From NCBI GenBank assembly GCA_041082215.1, contig JBDOIF010000111.1:62001-102175 (forward strand): a stretch of DNA of 40,175 nucleotides, read 5' to 3'. Origin of the DNA: Anaerolineae bacterium (lineage in GTDB: Bacteria; Chloroflexota; Anaerolineae; B4-G1; DUEL01). Both the position numbers and the translations under genes were made by a program. The notes beneath the pieces are model-generated. The model saw only the letters and a program-made list of their open reading frames with translations, did not search any database and was not told where the DNA came from. This document shows, one piece after another, positions 29,979-38,350 of this stretch; position 1 is the stretch's first letter, and the number at the start of each line of letters is the position of its first letter.

Positions 29979-31433
29979 ATGGACGACGAACGGCTGAATA
30001 TCCTGTTCGTGGCCGCCGAGGCAGTTCCTTTCGCCAAGGTCGGCGGGCTGGCGGACGTGGCAGGGGCGCTGCCCAAGGCGTTGCGCAGCCTGGGCCACGA
30101 CGTCCGTCTGATGATTCCCCGCTACGGCTCTATCCCGTCCGATCAATTCCGTTTCGAGAAAGTAGGGAAGCCCATCCCTGTACCCTGTGGCCCTGGCGAG
30201 GAGCGCGTCCATCTGGTCCACACCATCACCGAGGACGGAGTGCCAGTCTATCTGGTGTGGGATGAGAAGTTCTTCTCCCCCCGGGAGCGGATCTACGGCT
30301 TCGACGACGACCCCCAGCGGTTCACCTTTTTCGGGCGGGCGGTTGTGGCGGCGCTGCCGCTTCTGGGCTGGATGCCGGATGTGATCCACGCCAACGACTG
30401 GCATACCGCTGTTATCCCCACCTGGCTGGCCTACGAGGGGCGTTACCTCAGCGAGTACCGTCACCTGGCTTCTCTTTTCACCATCCACAACCTCGCCTAT
30501 CAGGGGACCTCTGGCCGGCTCATCCTCACCTTTGCCCGGATGGAGTATGTGAAACATCTGGACGTGGAGCCACCCGGCCAGGTGAACTGGATGGCCCAGG
30601 GGATCGCCAACGCCGACCTGGTCAACACCGTCAGCCCCCAGTATGCCCGCGACATCGTGGAGACGGAGGCCGGGGCTGGCCTCAGCCCGCTCCTCAAGGC
30701 GCGGGAGGACCGGCTGGTGGGGGTGCTGAACGGCATAGATACCGACCTGTGGAACCCGGCCACCGACCCCCATATCCCGCAGCCGTTCGACCTTTCGACG
30801 CTGAAGATGCGGGCGGTGAATAAGGCCGCCCTCCAGCAGGAGGCCCGCCTGCCGGTCCGGTCCGATACGCCGCTGATCGGGATGGTCACCCGCCTGGATT
30901 ATGTCAAGGGGATTGACGTCCTGCAATCGGTGCTGGAGCCGCTGCTGACGGGCGACATTCAGTTCATCCTTCTCGGCTCCGGCCAGCCGGAGTATCAGGA
31001 GATGCTGGAAAGACTCCAGGCCCGCTTCCCGAACAAAGTGCGGGTCTTTCTCCGCTACGACGACCCGCTGGCCCGCCGTATCTATGCTGGCTGCGACATT
31101 TTCCTCATGCCCTCCCGCTTCGAGCCATGCGGCCTGGGCCAGATGATCGCCATGCGCTACGGCGCGGTCCCCGTGGTCCACAGGACCGGTGGCCTGGCGG
31201 ATACGGTGACCGATTACCACGAGCGGCCGGACAGGGCAACCGGATTCGCGTTTTCTCCCTTCACGCCGGAAGCCTGCCTGGACGGGTTGAGGCGGGCGCT
31301 GGGGGTCTTCCGCGACCGGGAGGCGTGGACTGCCCTTCAGACCCGGGGGATGAAGGCGGATTTCTCCTGGAAGGCTTCGGCGAAGCGGTATGTGGAGCTG
31401 TATCGGCGGGCGATAGAGTTGCATAACTCGTAG
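29979..31433 (+). CDS. glgA: Glycogen synthase (GT5)
   Basis: EAVPFAKVGGLADV, HANDWHTA, FTIHNLAYQG, GVLNGID, PSRFEPCGLGQMIAMRYG, TGGLADTV. Confidence 0.96.
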   Translation: MDDERLNILFVAAEAVPFAKVGGLADVAGALPKALRSLGHDVRLMIPRYGSIPSDQFRFEKVGKPIPVPCGPGEERVHLVHTITEDGVPVYLVWDEKFFSPRERIYGFDDDPQRFTFFGRAVVAALPLLGWMPDVIHANDWHTAVIPTWLAYEGRYLSEYRHLASLFTIHNLAYQGTSGRLILTFARMEYVKHLDVEPPGQVNWMAQGIANADLVNTVSPQYARDIVETEAGAGLSPLLKAREDRLVGVLNGIDTDLWNPATDPHIPQPFDLSTLKMRAVNKAALQQEARLPVRSDTPLIGMVTRLDYVKGIDVLQSVLEPLLTGDIQFILLGSGQPEYQEMLERLQARFPNKVRVFLRYDDPLARRIYAGCDIFLMPSRFEPCGLGQMIAMRYGAVPVVHRTGGLADTVTDYHERPDRATGFAFSPFTPEACLDGLRRALGVFRDREAWTALQTRGMKADFSWKASAKRYVELYRRAIELHNS

Positions 31434-31496
31434 GAATTGGCCGGCCCTGTGATAACTGGCACCGACAGTTTCCAGGTGGGGGAGGCCAGGGCCAGT

Positions 31497-31675
31497 AGGC
31501 TGCTGCTCGGGTGATGATTGGAAGCTAAAGTGGAGCGCTACACTGCCGGCTTATCCCTGGAGACGTTCCGGTCTGATGAGATGGTCGCCGACGCTGTGGT
31601 GCGAAACCTGGAGATTATTGGAGAGGCTGTCCGACAAATCCCTGGCAGATGCTCGCTGACCTGGAAGGTGGATGA
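31497..31675 (+). pseudogene. HepT/DUF86 (HEPN) toxin remnant with internal deletion
   Basis: KVERYTAGLSLETFRSDEMVADAVVRNLEIIGEAVRQIP (31527-31643), preceded by in-frame stops and followed in another frame by QMLADLEGG*. The RX4-6H segment is missing. Confidence 0.75.
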
Positions 31676-31744
31676 GCGACGCTGACTCCCTTGTCTTACC
31701 CGGCGTGTCAAGCAGTGAGCACATTGAACAAACGGGATGCCTCT

Positions 31745-33889
31745 ATGACTTGCTCCTTAATGCTTTCCCTCGTTATTCACAACCATCAGCCGGTGGGCAA
31801 CTTCGATTTCGTCTTCGCCCTTGCCACGGAGCGGGCCTACGACCCCATCCTGGCCCTCCTGGAGCGACACCCCACCGTCCGGCTCTCTCTCCACTATACC
31901 GGCCCCCTCTATGACTGGCTTGCCGCCCATCGGCCCGCCCACCTGGAACGGCTGCGGGCGCTGGTCGCGCGGGGACAGGTGGAGCTTCTCACTGGCGCTT
32001 ACTACGAGCCGGTCCTGGTCGCCATCCCGGATGCCGATAAGGTTGGCCAGGTCCGGAAGATGACCCGGTTCCTGCGGGAGACCTTCGGCTGCGAGCCGAC
32101 GGGCGCCTGGCTGGCAGAACGGGTCTGGGAGCCGCATCTCCCCAGGCCGCTGGCCGAGGCGGGGGTGCGGTACACGCTGCTGGACGACACCCCCTTCAAG
32201 ATGGCTGGCCTGACCGATGGCGACCTCTTCGGCCCCTACGTTACCGAGGAGCAGGGGCATGCGCTGACCGTCTTCGGCAATGTGATGTACCTGCGGTATG
32301 CTGTCCCCTGGCGGCCGGTGGAGGAGGTGATGGGCTGGCTGCGGGAGCAGGCCCACGCCCACCCTGGCGGGGTTGCGGTGATGGGGGACGACGGAGAGAA
32401 GTTCGGCCTCTGGCCCGGCACGTGGGAACACTGCTGGGGAGAGGGGGGCTGGATGGACCGGTTCTTTTCCGCCCTGGAGGCCAGCGCCGACTGGCTGGCC
32501 ACCCGTCCGTTGGGGGAGGTGGCCGCCGAGATGGAGCCGCTGGGACGGGTCTACCTGCCGTGCGCGTCCTATGAGGAAATGATGTACTGGGCCCTCCCGC
32601 CCAGCGACTTCACCGCCTACAGGCGGCTCCGGGAGGAGTTTGCCGACCGGCCCGACCTGCTCCGTTTCGTCAGAGGGGGCCACTGGCGCTCCTTCCTGGC
32701 CCGCTATGACGAGGTCAACCAGATGCACAAGAAGATGCTCTGGGTCAGCCGCAAGGTCCACCGGATGCCAGAGGGGCCGGAAAAGGAACAGGCGCTCGAC
32801 CAGGTCTGGGCGGCCCAGTGCAACTGCGGCTACTGGCACGGCCTCTTCGGCGGCATCTACCTATTCCACATCCGCGTCGCCAACTACGGCCACCTCATCG
32901 CCGCCGAAGAGCTGGCCGACCGCGCCGTCGGCCCGGCCGCGTGGGCGCGTGTGGAGCGGGGCGACCTGGACGCCGACGGGGCGGAGGAGGTCGTGCTCAA
33001 TACCGACCGGCAGGTGCTGACCTTCAAGCCCTCTTATGGCGGCGCGCTGGTGGAGTGGGACTGGCGGGCCCGTCGGTATAACCTGCTCAACACGATGACC
33101 CGCCGTCGGGAGGGCTACCATCAGGAGCTGCTGGTGGCGGCCGAGGAGGGTCGGCTCCTCCTGCCTGGCCAGGAGGAGCGGCCCGGCGGGGTGCGGGTCA
33201 AAGAGGCGGATGTCCACGCCCGCCTGTTCCACGACTGGTACCGGCGGGCTGCGCTTCTGGACCATTTCCTCCACCCGGAGACGAGGCCGGAGGGCTTCTA
33301 TCAGGCCCGGTATGGGGAGCAGGGGGACTTCGTGAACCGGCCCTACAGAGCAGAGATGGAGGAAGACGCCGGAAGGGCGGTTCTCCGGCTGTCCCGCGAG
33401 GGGAGGGTGTGGGTCGGCGATCGGCCGGTGCAGTTGCGGGTGGAGAAGAGGGTGGAGGCGAGGGCTGGTTCGGATGAACTGTCCATCCGCTACCGGCTCA
33501 CGAACCTCGGCGAGGCCCCCATCCCTGTGCGCTTCGGCGTCGAATGGAACTGGGGGATCGTCGGCGGGGGGAGCGAGCGTGGCTGGCTTCGGGTAGTGGC
33601 GGCGGGTTCGGCGCACCTCCACCGGCTGGCCGATTTCGGGGAGCGGCGGGAGGTCTCCGGCCTGGCAGTCGGCTCCTCCCTGCCCGATCTGGCAGGCGAG
33701 GTCGCCCTGACAGTGGACCGACCCGCCGTGCTCTGGCATTTCCCTCTGGAGGTGGTCTCCAACTCCGAAGCAGGCTACGAGCGGGTCTATCAGGGCACCT
33801 GCACCATCCTCTGGTGGGACCTCTCCCTCAGCCCCTCCATCCCCTGGGAGACCACCATAACCAGTAACCAGGTAACCAGTAACAGATGA
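31745..33889 (+). CDS. GH57 alpha-amylase / 4-alpha-glucanotransferase (DUF1925/DUF1926 type)
   Basis: HNHQPVGNF, YYEP, WLAERVWEP, GDDGEKFGLWPGT, SYEEM, QCNCGYWHGLFGGIY, SNSEAGYERVYQG. Confidence 0.92.
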   Translation: MTCSLMLSLVIHNHQPVGNFDFVFALATERAYDPILALLERHPTVRLSLHYTGPLYDWLAAHRPAHLERLRALVARGQVELLTGAYYEPVLVAIPDADKVGQVRKMTRFLRETFGCEPTGAWLAERVWEPHLPRPLAEAGVRYTLLDDTPFKMAGLTDGDLFGPYVTEEQGHALTVFGNVMYLRYAVPWRPVEEVMGWLREQAHAHPGGVAVMGDDGEKFGLWPGTWEHCWGEGGWMDRFFSALEASADWLATRPLGEVAAEMEPLGRVYLPCASYEEMMYWALPPSDFTAYRRLREEFADRPDLLRFVRGGHWRSFLARYDEVNQMHKKMLWVSRKVHRMPEGPEKEQALDQVWAAQCNCGYWHGLFGGIYLFHIRVANYGHLIAAEELADRAVGPAAWARVERGDLDADGAEEVVLNTDRQVLTFKPSYGGALVEWDWRARRYNLLNTMTRRREGYHQELLVAAEEGRLLLPGQEERPGGVRVKEADVHARLFHDWYRRAALLDHFLHPETRPEGFYQARYGEQGDFVNRPYRAEMEEDAGRAVLRLSREGRVWVGDRPVQLRVEKRVEARAGSDELSIRYRLTNLGEAPIPVRFGVEWNWGIVGGGSERGWLRVVAAGSAHLHRLADFGERREVSGLAVGSSLPDLAGEVALTVDRPAVLWHFPLEVVSNSEAGYERVYQGTCTILWWDLSLSPSIPWETTITSNQVTSNR

Positions 33890-35259
33890 CGTCCCAGCTC
33901 TGCATCCACGGTCACTTCTACCAGCCCCCCCGCGCCGACCCCTTCACCGGGCAGGTGGAGCAGGAGGCGGATGCCGCGCCGTATGCCAACTGGAACGAGC
34001 GGATCACCGCCGAGTGCTATGCGCCGCTGGCACAGCGAGGGCTGTTCGGCAGGATCAGCTTCAACCTCGGCGGGACCCTGGCCCGCTGGCTGGATCAGAA
34101 CGCCCATCTCACGTATGAACAGATCGTAGCCAGCGAGCGGGCCTACTGCCGGGCCCACGGGGTCGGCAATGGATTGGCCCAGCCAGTGCACCACACCATC
34201 CTGCCGCTGGCCCGCCGGAGGGATAAGATCTGTCAGGTCCGGTGGGGCATCGCCAGCTTCGTCCACCGCTTCGGCCATCGGCCCGTGGGGATGTGGCTGC
34301 CGGAGATGGCGGTGGACTACGAGACGCTGGAGGTCCTGACCGTCGAGGGGATCCGCTTCACCATCCTCTCCGAGGAGCAGGTGCGGGGCGAGCAGAAGGC
34401 CGGAGCCGGACCGTACCGGGTGCGGCTTCCCGGCGGAGGGGAGATCGGGGTCTTCGTGCGGGATCGGTCTCTCTCCGATGCCCTATCCTTTGCTATGCCG
34501 GAGCCGGACCGGGCGGGGGGGTGGCTGCGGGAGCAGATGGCGTTGCGCTCCCGGGCCGCGGCGCTTCTGCTGGTCGCCACCGACGGGGAGACCTTTGGCC
34601 ATCACCAGCGGCATGGGGTGGAGGTGCTGGAGCGCATCCTCTCCGGTGGGGCGGCCCACGGCTACGAGGTGACCACGCTGAGCCTCCATTTCCGGCAATG
34701 TCCTCCCCAAGCGGAGGTCGAGGTTATCGAAAACACGGCCTGGAGCTGCGCTCACCGACTGGACCGATGGGCTGTGGGCTGTGGCTGCACTTCCGGCGAC
34801 AGCCGGTGGAAGGGAGCGCTGCGGCGGGCGCTGGACAACCTGGCGTGTGACCTGGACGCTGTGTATGTGGACGAGACACGGCGGCTGGGTATTGACCCAT
34901 GGGAGCTGCGCGACGGGTACATCGCCGTAGTGCTGGGACAGATGGACGGTCCCGCTTTCCTGCGGGAGAGGGGGATGGGCCACCTCAAGAGTGAGGATAT
35001 GCAGCGGTTGCTCTGGCTGCTGGAGGCCCAGTTTCACCGGCAGCGGATGTACGTCAGTTGTACCTTTTTCTTTGACGACCTGGACCGGCTCGAGCCGCGC
35101 TACGCCATCGCCAACGCGGCCCGTGCCCTGGACCTTACCTATCGGGCCACCGGGGAGGACCTGGGCCACCGTTTTCGCCGTGACCTGGGGGTGGCGGTCA
35201 GTGGGCAGACGGGCCGGACGGGGGCGGATATCTTCGAAGAGCAGCTACAACGAAGGTAA
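33886..35259 (+). CDS. GH57 family protein, DUF3536 type
   Basis: CIHGHFYQPPR, NWNERITAECY, ISFNLG, HTILPL, MWLPEMAVD, ATDGETFGHH, AWSCAH, MYVSCTFFFDD. Confidence 0.88.
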   Translation: MTSQLCIHGHFYQPPRADPFTGQVEQEADAAPYANWNERITAECYAPLAQRGLFGRISFNLGGTLARWLDQNAHLTYEQIVASERAYCRAHGVGNGLAQPVHHTILPLARRRDKICQVRWGIASFVHRFGHRPVGMWLPEMAVDYETLEVLTVEGIRFTILSEEQVRGEQKAGAGPYRVRLPGGGEIGVFVRDRSLSDALSFAMPEPDRAGGWLREQMALRSRAAALLLVATDGETFGHHQRHGVEVLERILSGGAAHGYEVTTLSLHFRQCPPQAEVEVIENTAWSCAHRLDRWAVGCGCTSGDSRWKGALRRALDNLACDLDAVYVDETRRLGIDPWELRDGYIAVVLGQMDGPAFLRERGMGHLKSEDMQRLLWLLEAQFHRQRMYVSCTFFFDDLDRLEPRYAIANAARALDLTYRATGEDLGHRFRRDLGVAVSGQTGRTGADIFEEQLQRR

Positions 35260-35263
35260 CTGT

Positions 35264-35545
35264 ATGCCCAACCTTGTCCGTTTCATCGTTTGGATCACGG
35301 ATGACGGCGTTACGTCCCCGGCTGGTGTGTCGTTGGGCCGCATCGTCCAGGCCTTCAAATCCATCACCACTGTCGAATACACCCGGAGTGTCAGAGAACG
35401 CGGGTGGACGCCCTTCTCACGCCGTCTCTGGCAACGCAACTACTACGAACGGATCGTCCGCAACGAACGGGAACTGCGGGCCATTCGCCGCTACATACGT
35501 GCCAACCCGGACCGTTGGGCAGAAGATGGGGAATTCCGAAAATGA
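35264..35545 (+). pseudogene. C-terminal fragment of a REP-associated tyrosine transposase (RAYT, Y1 HUH family) with degenerate HUH motif
   Basis: MPNLVRFIV (vs MPNHxHxI), LGRIVQAFKSITT, LWQRNYYERIVRNEREL..IRRYIRANPDRW. The N-terminal half is absent. Confidence 0.8.
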
Positions 35546-36999
35546 AGGGCAAGCACAAACGGCTTCCCTATTCCGACATTGACCTCTCCCGCTGGCGGGA
35601 GTACGAACACATCTGGACCGATTCCCTCTGGCTCATCGAATCCCGCGACCGGACCGGCGGCCACGAGCTGGATTACCACGGCGGCTTTGTCCCCCAGATC
35701 GCCACACAGGTATTCCTGCGATATACCCGCAGGGACGACATCGTGCTGGACCTCTTCCTTGGCTCCGGCACGTCGGCCATAGAGGCGGTGCGTCTGGAGC
35801 GGCGCCTGATCGGCGTCGAGCTGAAGCCGGAGCTGGTTCAGAGAGTGCGGGAGAAGGTCCCGGCCGGGCTTCTGGACGACCGCATCCGCATCTTGCAGGG
35901 GGATAGCACACAGCCTCAGACCGCGGCCCGCATTCGGGAGGCGCTGGAGGAGATGGGGGCCCGGTTCGCCCATCTTCTGATCCTCCACCCTCCCTATCAC
36001 GACATCATCCGCTTCTCTGACGCTCCGGAAGACCTCTCCAATTCCCCTTCCCTGGAGGACTTTTTGCGCCGTTTCGAGACAGTCGCCCGCCTCGGCTTTG
36101 AACTGCTGGCGCCGGACCGGTTCGCCGTCCTGGTCATCGGGGACAAATACGCCGACGGCGAGCTGATCCCCCTTGGCTTTTACTGCCTGGAACGGATGCA
36201 GCGGGTGGGGTTTCGGCCCAAAGGGATTGTGGTCAAAAACATCACCGGCAACGAGCGGGGGAAGGGCCGGGCCAGCCACCTCTGGCGCTACCGCGCTCTC
36301 GCCGGCGGATACTACATCTTTAAGCACGAGTATGTCATCATCTTTCAAAAGCCCGCCGCGCCGACCGACATCCGCCGCGAACTGCACAGAGTGACCCGAA
36401 TGCCTCCCTGGGGTCGGCCCCAGGGGGATGAGTGGGACGGGGCCAGCGGTTTTATCTACACCGTCCGGGAACTGGATGAACTGCGCCGTCAGACCCGCCA
36501 GGCAGCCGTCGAGGCTGGCCTCCCCCTGCGCGAATTCGCCTCCTATGTCCTCCGTCGCTGGTACAACTTCCACACCCACCAGGTCGCCCTGGGAGTGATC
36601 CTGGACCACCCCCGCACATGCCCCGATCCCGACCCTTTCTCCCGCACGGTGGACTTTTACCTGGACGGGGAGGGGTTCGACCTCAAACTGACCGGGTTCC
36701 CACGCCAATATCCCCACGACCTGGCCTATGCCCGTGCCCACCCGGAAGACCTGGCCCGCTGGCTGTATCTCCATCAGTCCACTCAGCAGCGGTTCCACAC
36801 TGCCAACCGGCTCTTTGTCGTCTTCCACGATGCTCTGGAACCGGCCCGGACCTGGGAGCTGCGGCGGGATTTTCCACGGCTGGAAAGAGAGATCCGCGCC
36901 TTTCTGGACGACCCTCAACCGATCCCCATCGAATTTACCACCCCGGATGGAACACGCCACCGCGCCCTGGCCGGCGTCGTCTTCTGCGTCCGCGAATAG
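35542..36999 (+). CDS. SAM-dependent amino-DNA methyltransferase fused to a C-terminal putative PD-(D/E)XK nuclease domain
   Basis: YHGGFVPQI, VLDLFLGSGTS (motif I), GVEL, GDS, LHPPYHD (motif IV), HEYVIIFQK; then RRWYNF...VDFYLDGEGFDLK...WLYLHQS..NRLFVV. ATG 35542 overlaps the RAYT stop. Confidence 0.8.
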   Translation: MKGKHKRLPYSDIDLSRWREYEHIWTDSLWLIESRDRTGGHELDYHGGFVPQIATQVFLRYTRRDDIVLDLFLGSGTSAIEAVRLERRLIGVELKPELVQRVREKVPAGLLDDRIRILQGDSTQPQTAARIREALEEMGARFAHLLILHPPYHDIIRFSDAPEDLSNSPSLEDFLRRFETVARLGFELLAPDRFAVLVIGDKYADGELIPLGFYCLERMQRVGFRPKGIVVKNITGNERGKGRASHLWRYRALAGGYYIFKHEYVIIFQKPAAPTDIRRELHRVTRMPPWGRPQGDEWDGASGFIYTVRELDELRRQTRQAAVEAGLPLREFASYVLRRWYNFHTHQVALGVILDHPRTCPDPDPFSRTVDFYLDGEGFDLKLTGFPRQYPHDLAYARAHPEDLARWLYLHQSTQQRFHTANRLFVVFHDALEPARTWELRRDFPRLEREIRAFLDDPQPIPIEFTTPDGTRHRALAGVVFCVRE

Positions 37000-37000
37000 G

Positions 37001-37028
37001 TTGACACGGTTTATCGAAAAGGTATAAT
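37001..37028 (+). promoter_or_regulatory. Consensus sigma70 promoter
   Basis: TTGACA-16 nt-TATAAT directly after the MTase stop. Confidence 0.8.
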
Positions 37029-37087
37029 CCGACTGGCGGTCGGCTCCGTCCCTTTTTCGTCGCGGGTGTTCCCGCAAGGAGGTCGTG

Positions 37088-38350
37088 ATGGCCAAGTGGT
37101 CGTATCCCTATGTTGAACAGGGAAGCAAAATCGGCGTCCATTCCATCCTCCCCAATCGGGTCCAGCAGTATGCCCAAACCCTCGTCTCCGGCGGTGCGGC
37201 TTTTCCCGTGATCAAGGCTGTGGACGATGTGGGATGGCTGGCTGCAGCCAAAGCGGCCAGTCCCCGGACCATCATCCTTGCCCGCCTGACCAGCTCCCAC
37301 GAGGGCTGTGAGGGGCTCAGCAACCCCGCAGCCGACCTTGATCAGATGGCCAGGAGGCTGCTGGATGTCATCCTGCGGAAGATGGAGGGAAATCCGGCGC
37401 TGCGCGATGTGGTGGACTACTGGGAGATCGTCAACGAGCCGGATCCGCCGGGGGCGGATGGGTATCGGCGCCTGGCCCAACTGATGATCAAGTGTATGGA
37501 GAAGGCGGAGGAGCGCGGTCTCAAACTGGCCCTTTTTGCCTTCAACGCGGGGACACCGGAGTGGGATGAGATGGTCGCTGTGGTGGAGACGGGGGTCTTT
37601 GGCCGTGCCCGCCAGGGCGGCCACATCCTCACCCTGCACGAGGGGGTCTTTGGCAACGACCCGGTGGAGAAGTGGTGGGGCGACCCGATCCCTGGCGCGC
37701 CGCGGGTCCAGGGGGCCGGCGCTCTCTGTTTCCGCTACCGTTATCTCTACCATCTTCTGGAGAAAAGGGACGAGGTCATCCCTCTCGTGGTCTCCGAGTT
37801 CTATGCTGGCGGCGGGCGGGAGGGACAGATCTCTCCAGCCGAGGTGGTGCGCCGGATGCGCTGGTACGATGAGAAGGCGCGGGAGGACTACTGGGTGTGG
37901 GCTTTCTGTCCCTTTACCCTCGGTCCGGTAGGGCAATGGATGAGCCATGATTATGAATTCGCCTACCCGGCGCTGGTGGATTACATGCTCTCCATCCGGG
38001 GAGAGCAGAACAGCTCCCCGCCCGCTGAGGCGGAGATGCTCGCCCGTGGCAAGCCTCGTGAACAGTATGCGCGGGTCTACGTCCTCCTTCCGCCCGGCGC
38101 CGACCAGGCCTGGGCTTCGGCCGTTGTGCGTTCCACCTGGGATGCCCGTCGCTTCACCGTGGGCGGCAGCGCCGACGACGCCGGCATCGGCGACCTGGAT
38201 AACCGCACCGTGATCGCCGTCAATCCCTCCCGCTGGCCGGGTGACCTGCGGGCCTTTTTCCAGACCTACTACCCGGGGGTCCGCTACATCCCGGTGGAAG
38301 CGGCCACCCCGGAGGAGCTTGCCGCCCGCCTGCGAACGATCAATCTGTGA
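37088..38350 (+). CDS. Hypothetical protein with glycoside-hydrolase-like TIM-barrel (WEIVNEP) and a C-terminal domain
   Basis: AAGGAGG RBS; NEP acid/base-like motif, LHE, RYR, VVSEF; C-terminal REQYARVYVLLPP...SADDAGIGDL. Confidence 0.7.
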   Translation: MAKWSYPYVEQGSKIGVHSILPNRVQQYAQTLVSGGAAFPVIKAVDDVGWLAAAKAASPRTIILARLTSSHEGCEGLSNPAADLDQMARRLLDVILRKMEGNPALRDVVDYWEIVNEPDPPGADGYRRLAQLMIKCMEKAEERGLKLALFAFNAGTPEWDEMVAVVETGVFGRARQGGHILTLHEGVFGNDPVEKWWGDPIPGAPRVQGAGALCFRYRYLYHLLEKRDEVIPLVVSEFYAGGGREGQISPAEVVRRMRWYDEKAREDYWVWAFCPFTLGPVGQWMSHDYEFAYPALVDYMLSIRGEQNSSPPAEAEMLARGKPREQYARVYVLLPPGADQAWASAVVRSTWDARRFTVGGSADDAGIGDLDNRTVIAVNPSRWPGDLRAFFQTYYPGVRYIPVEAATPEELAARLRTINL

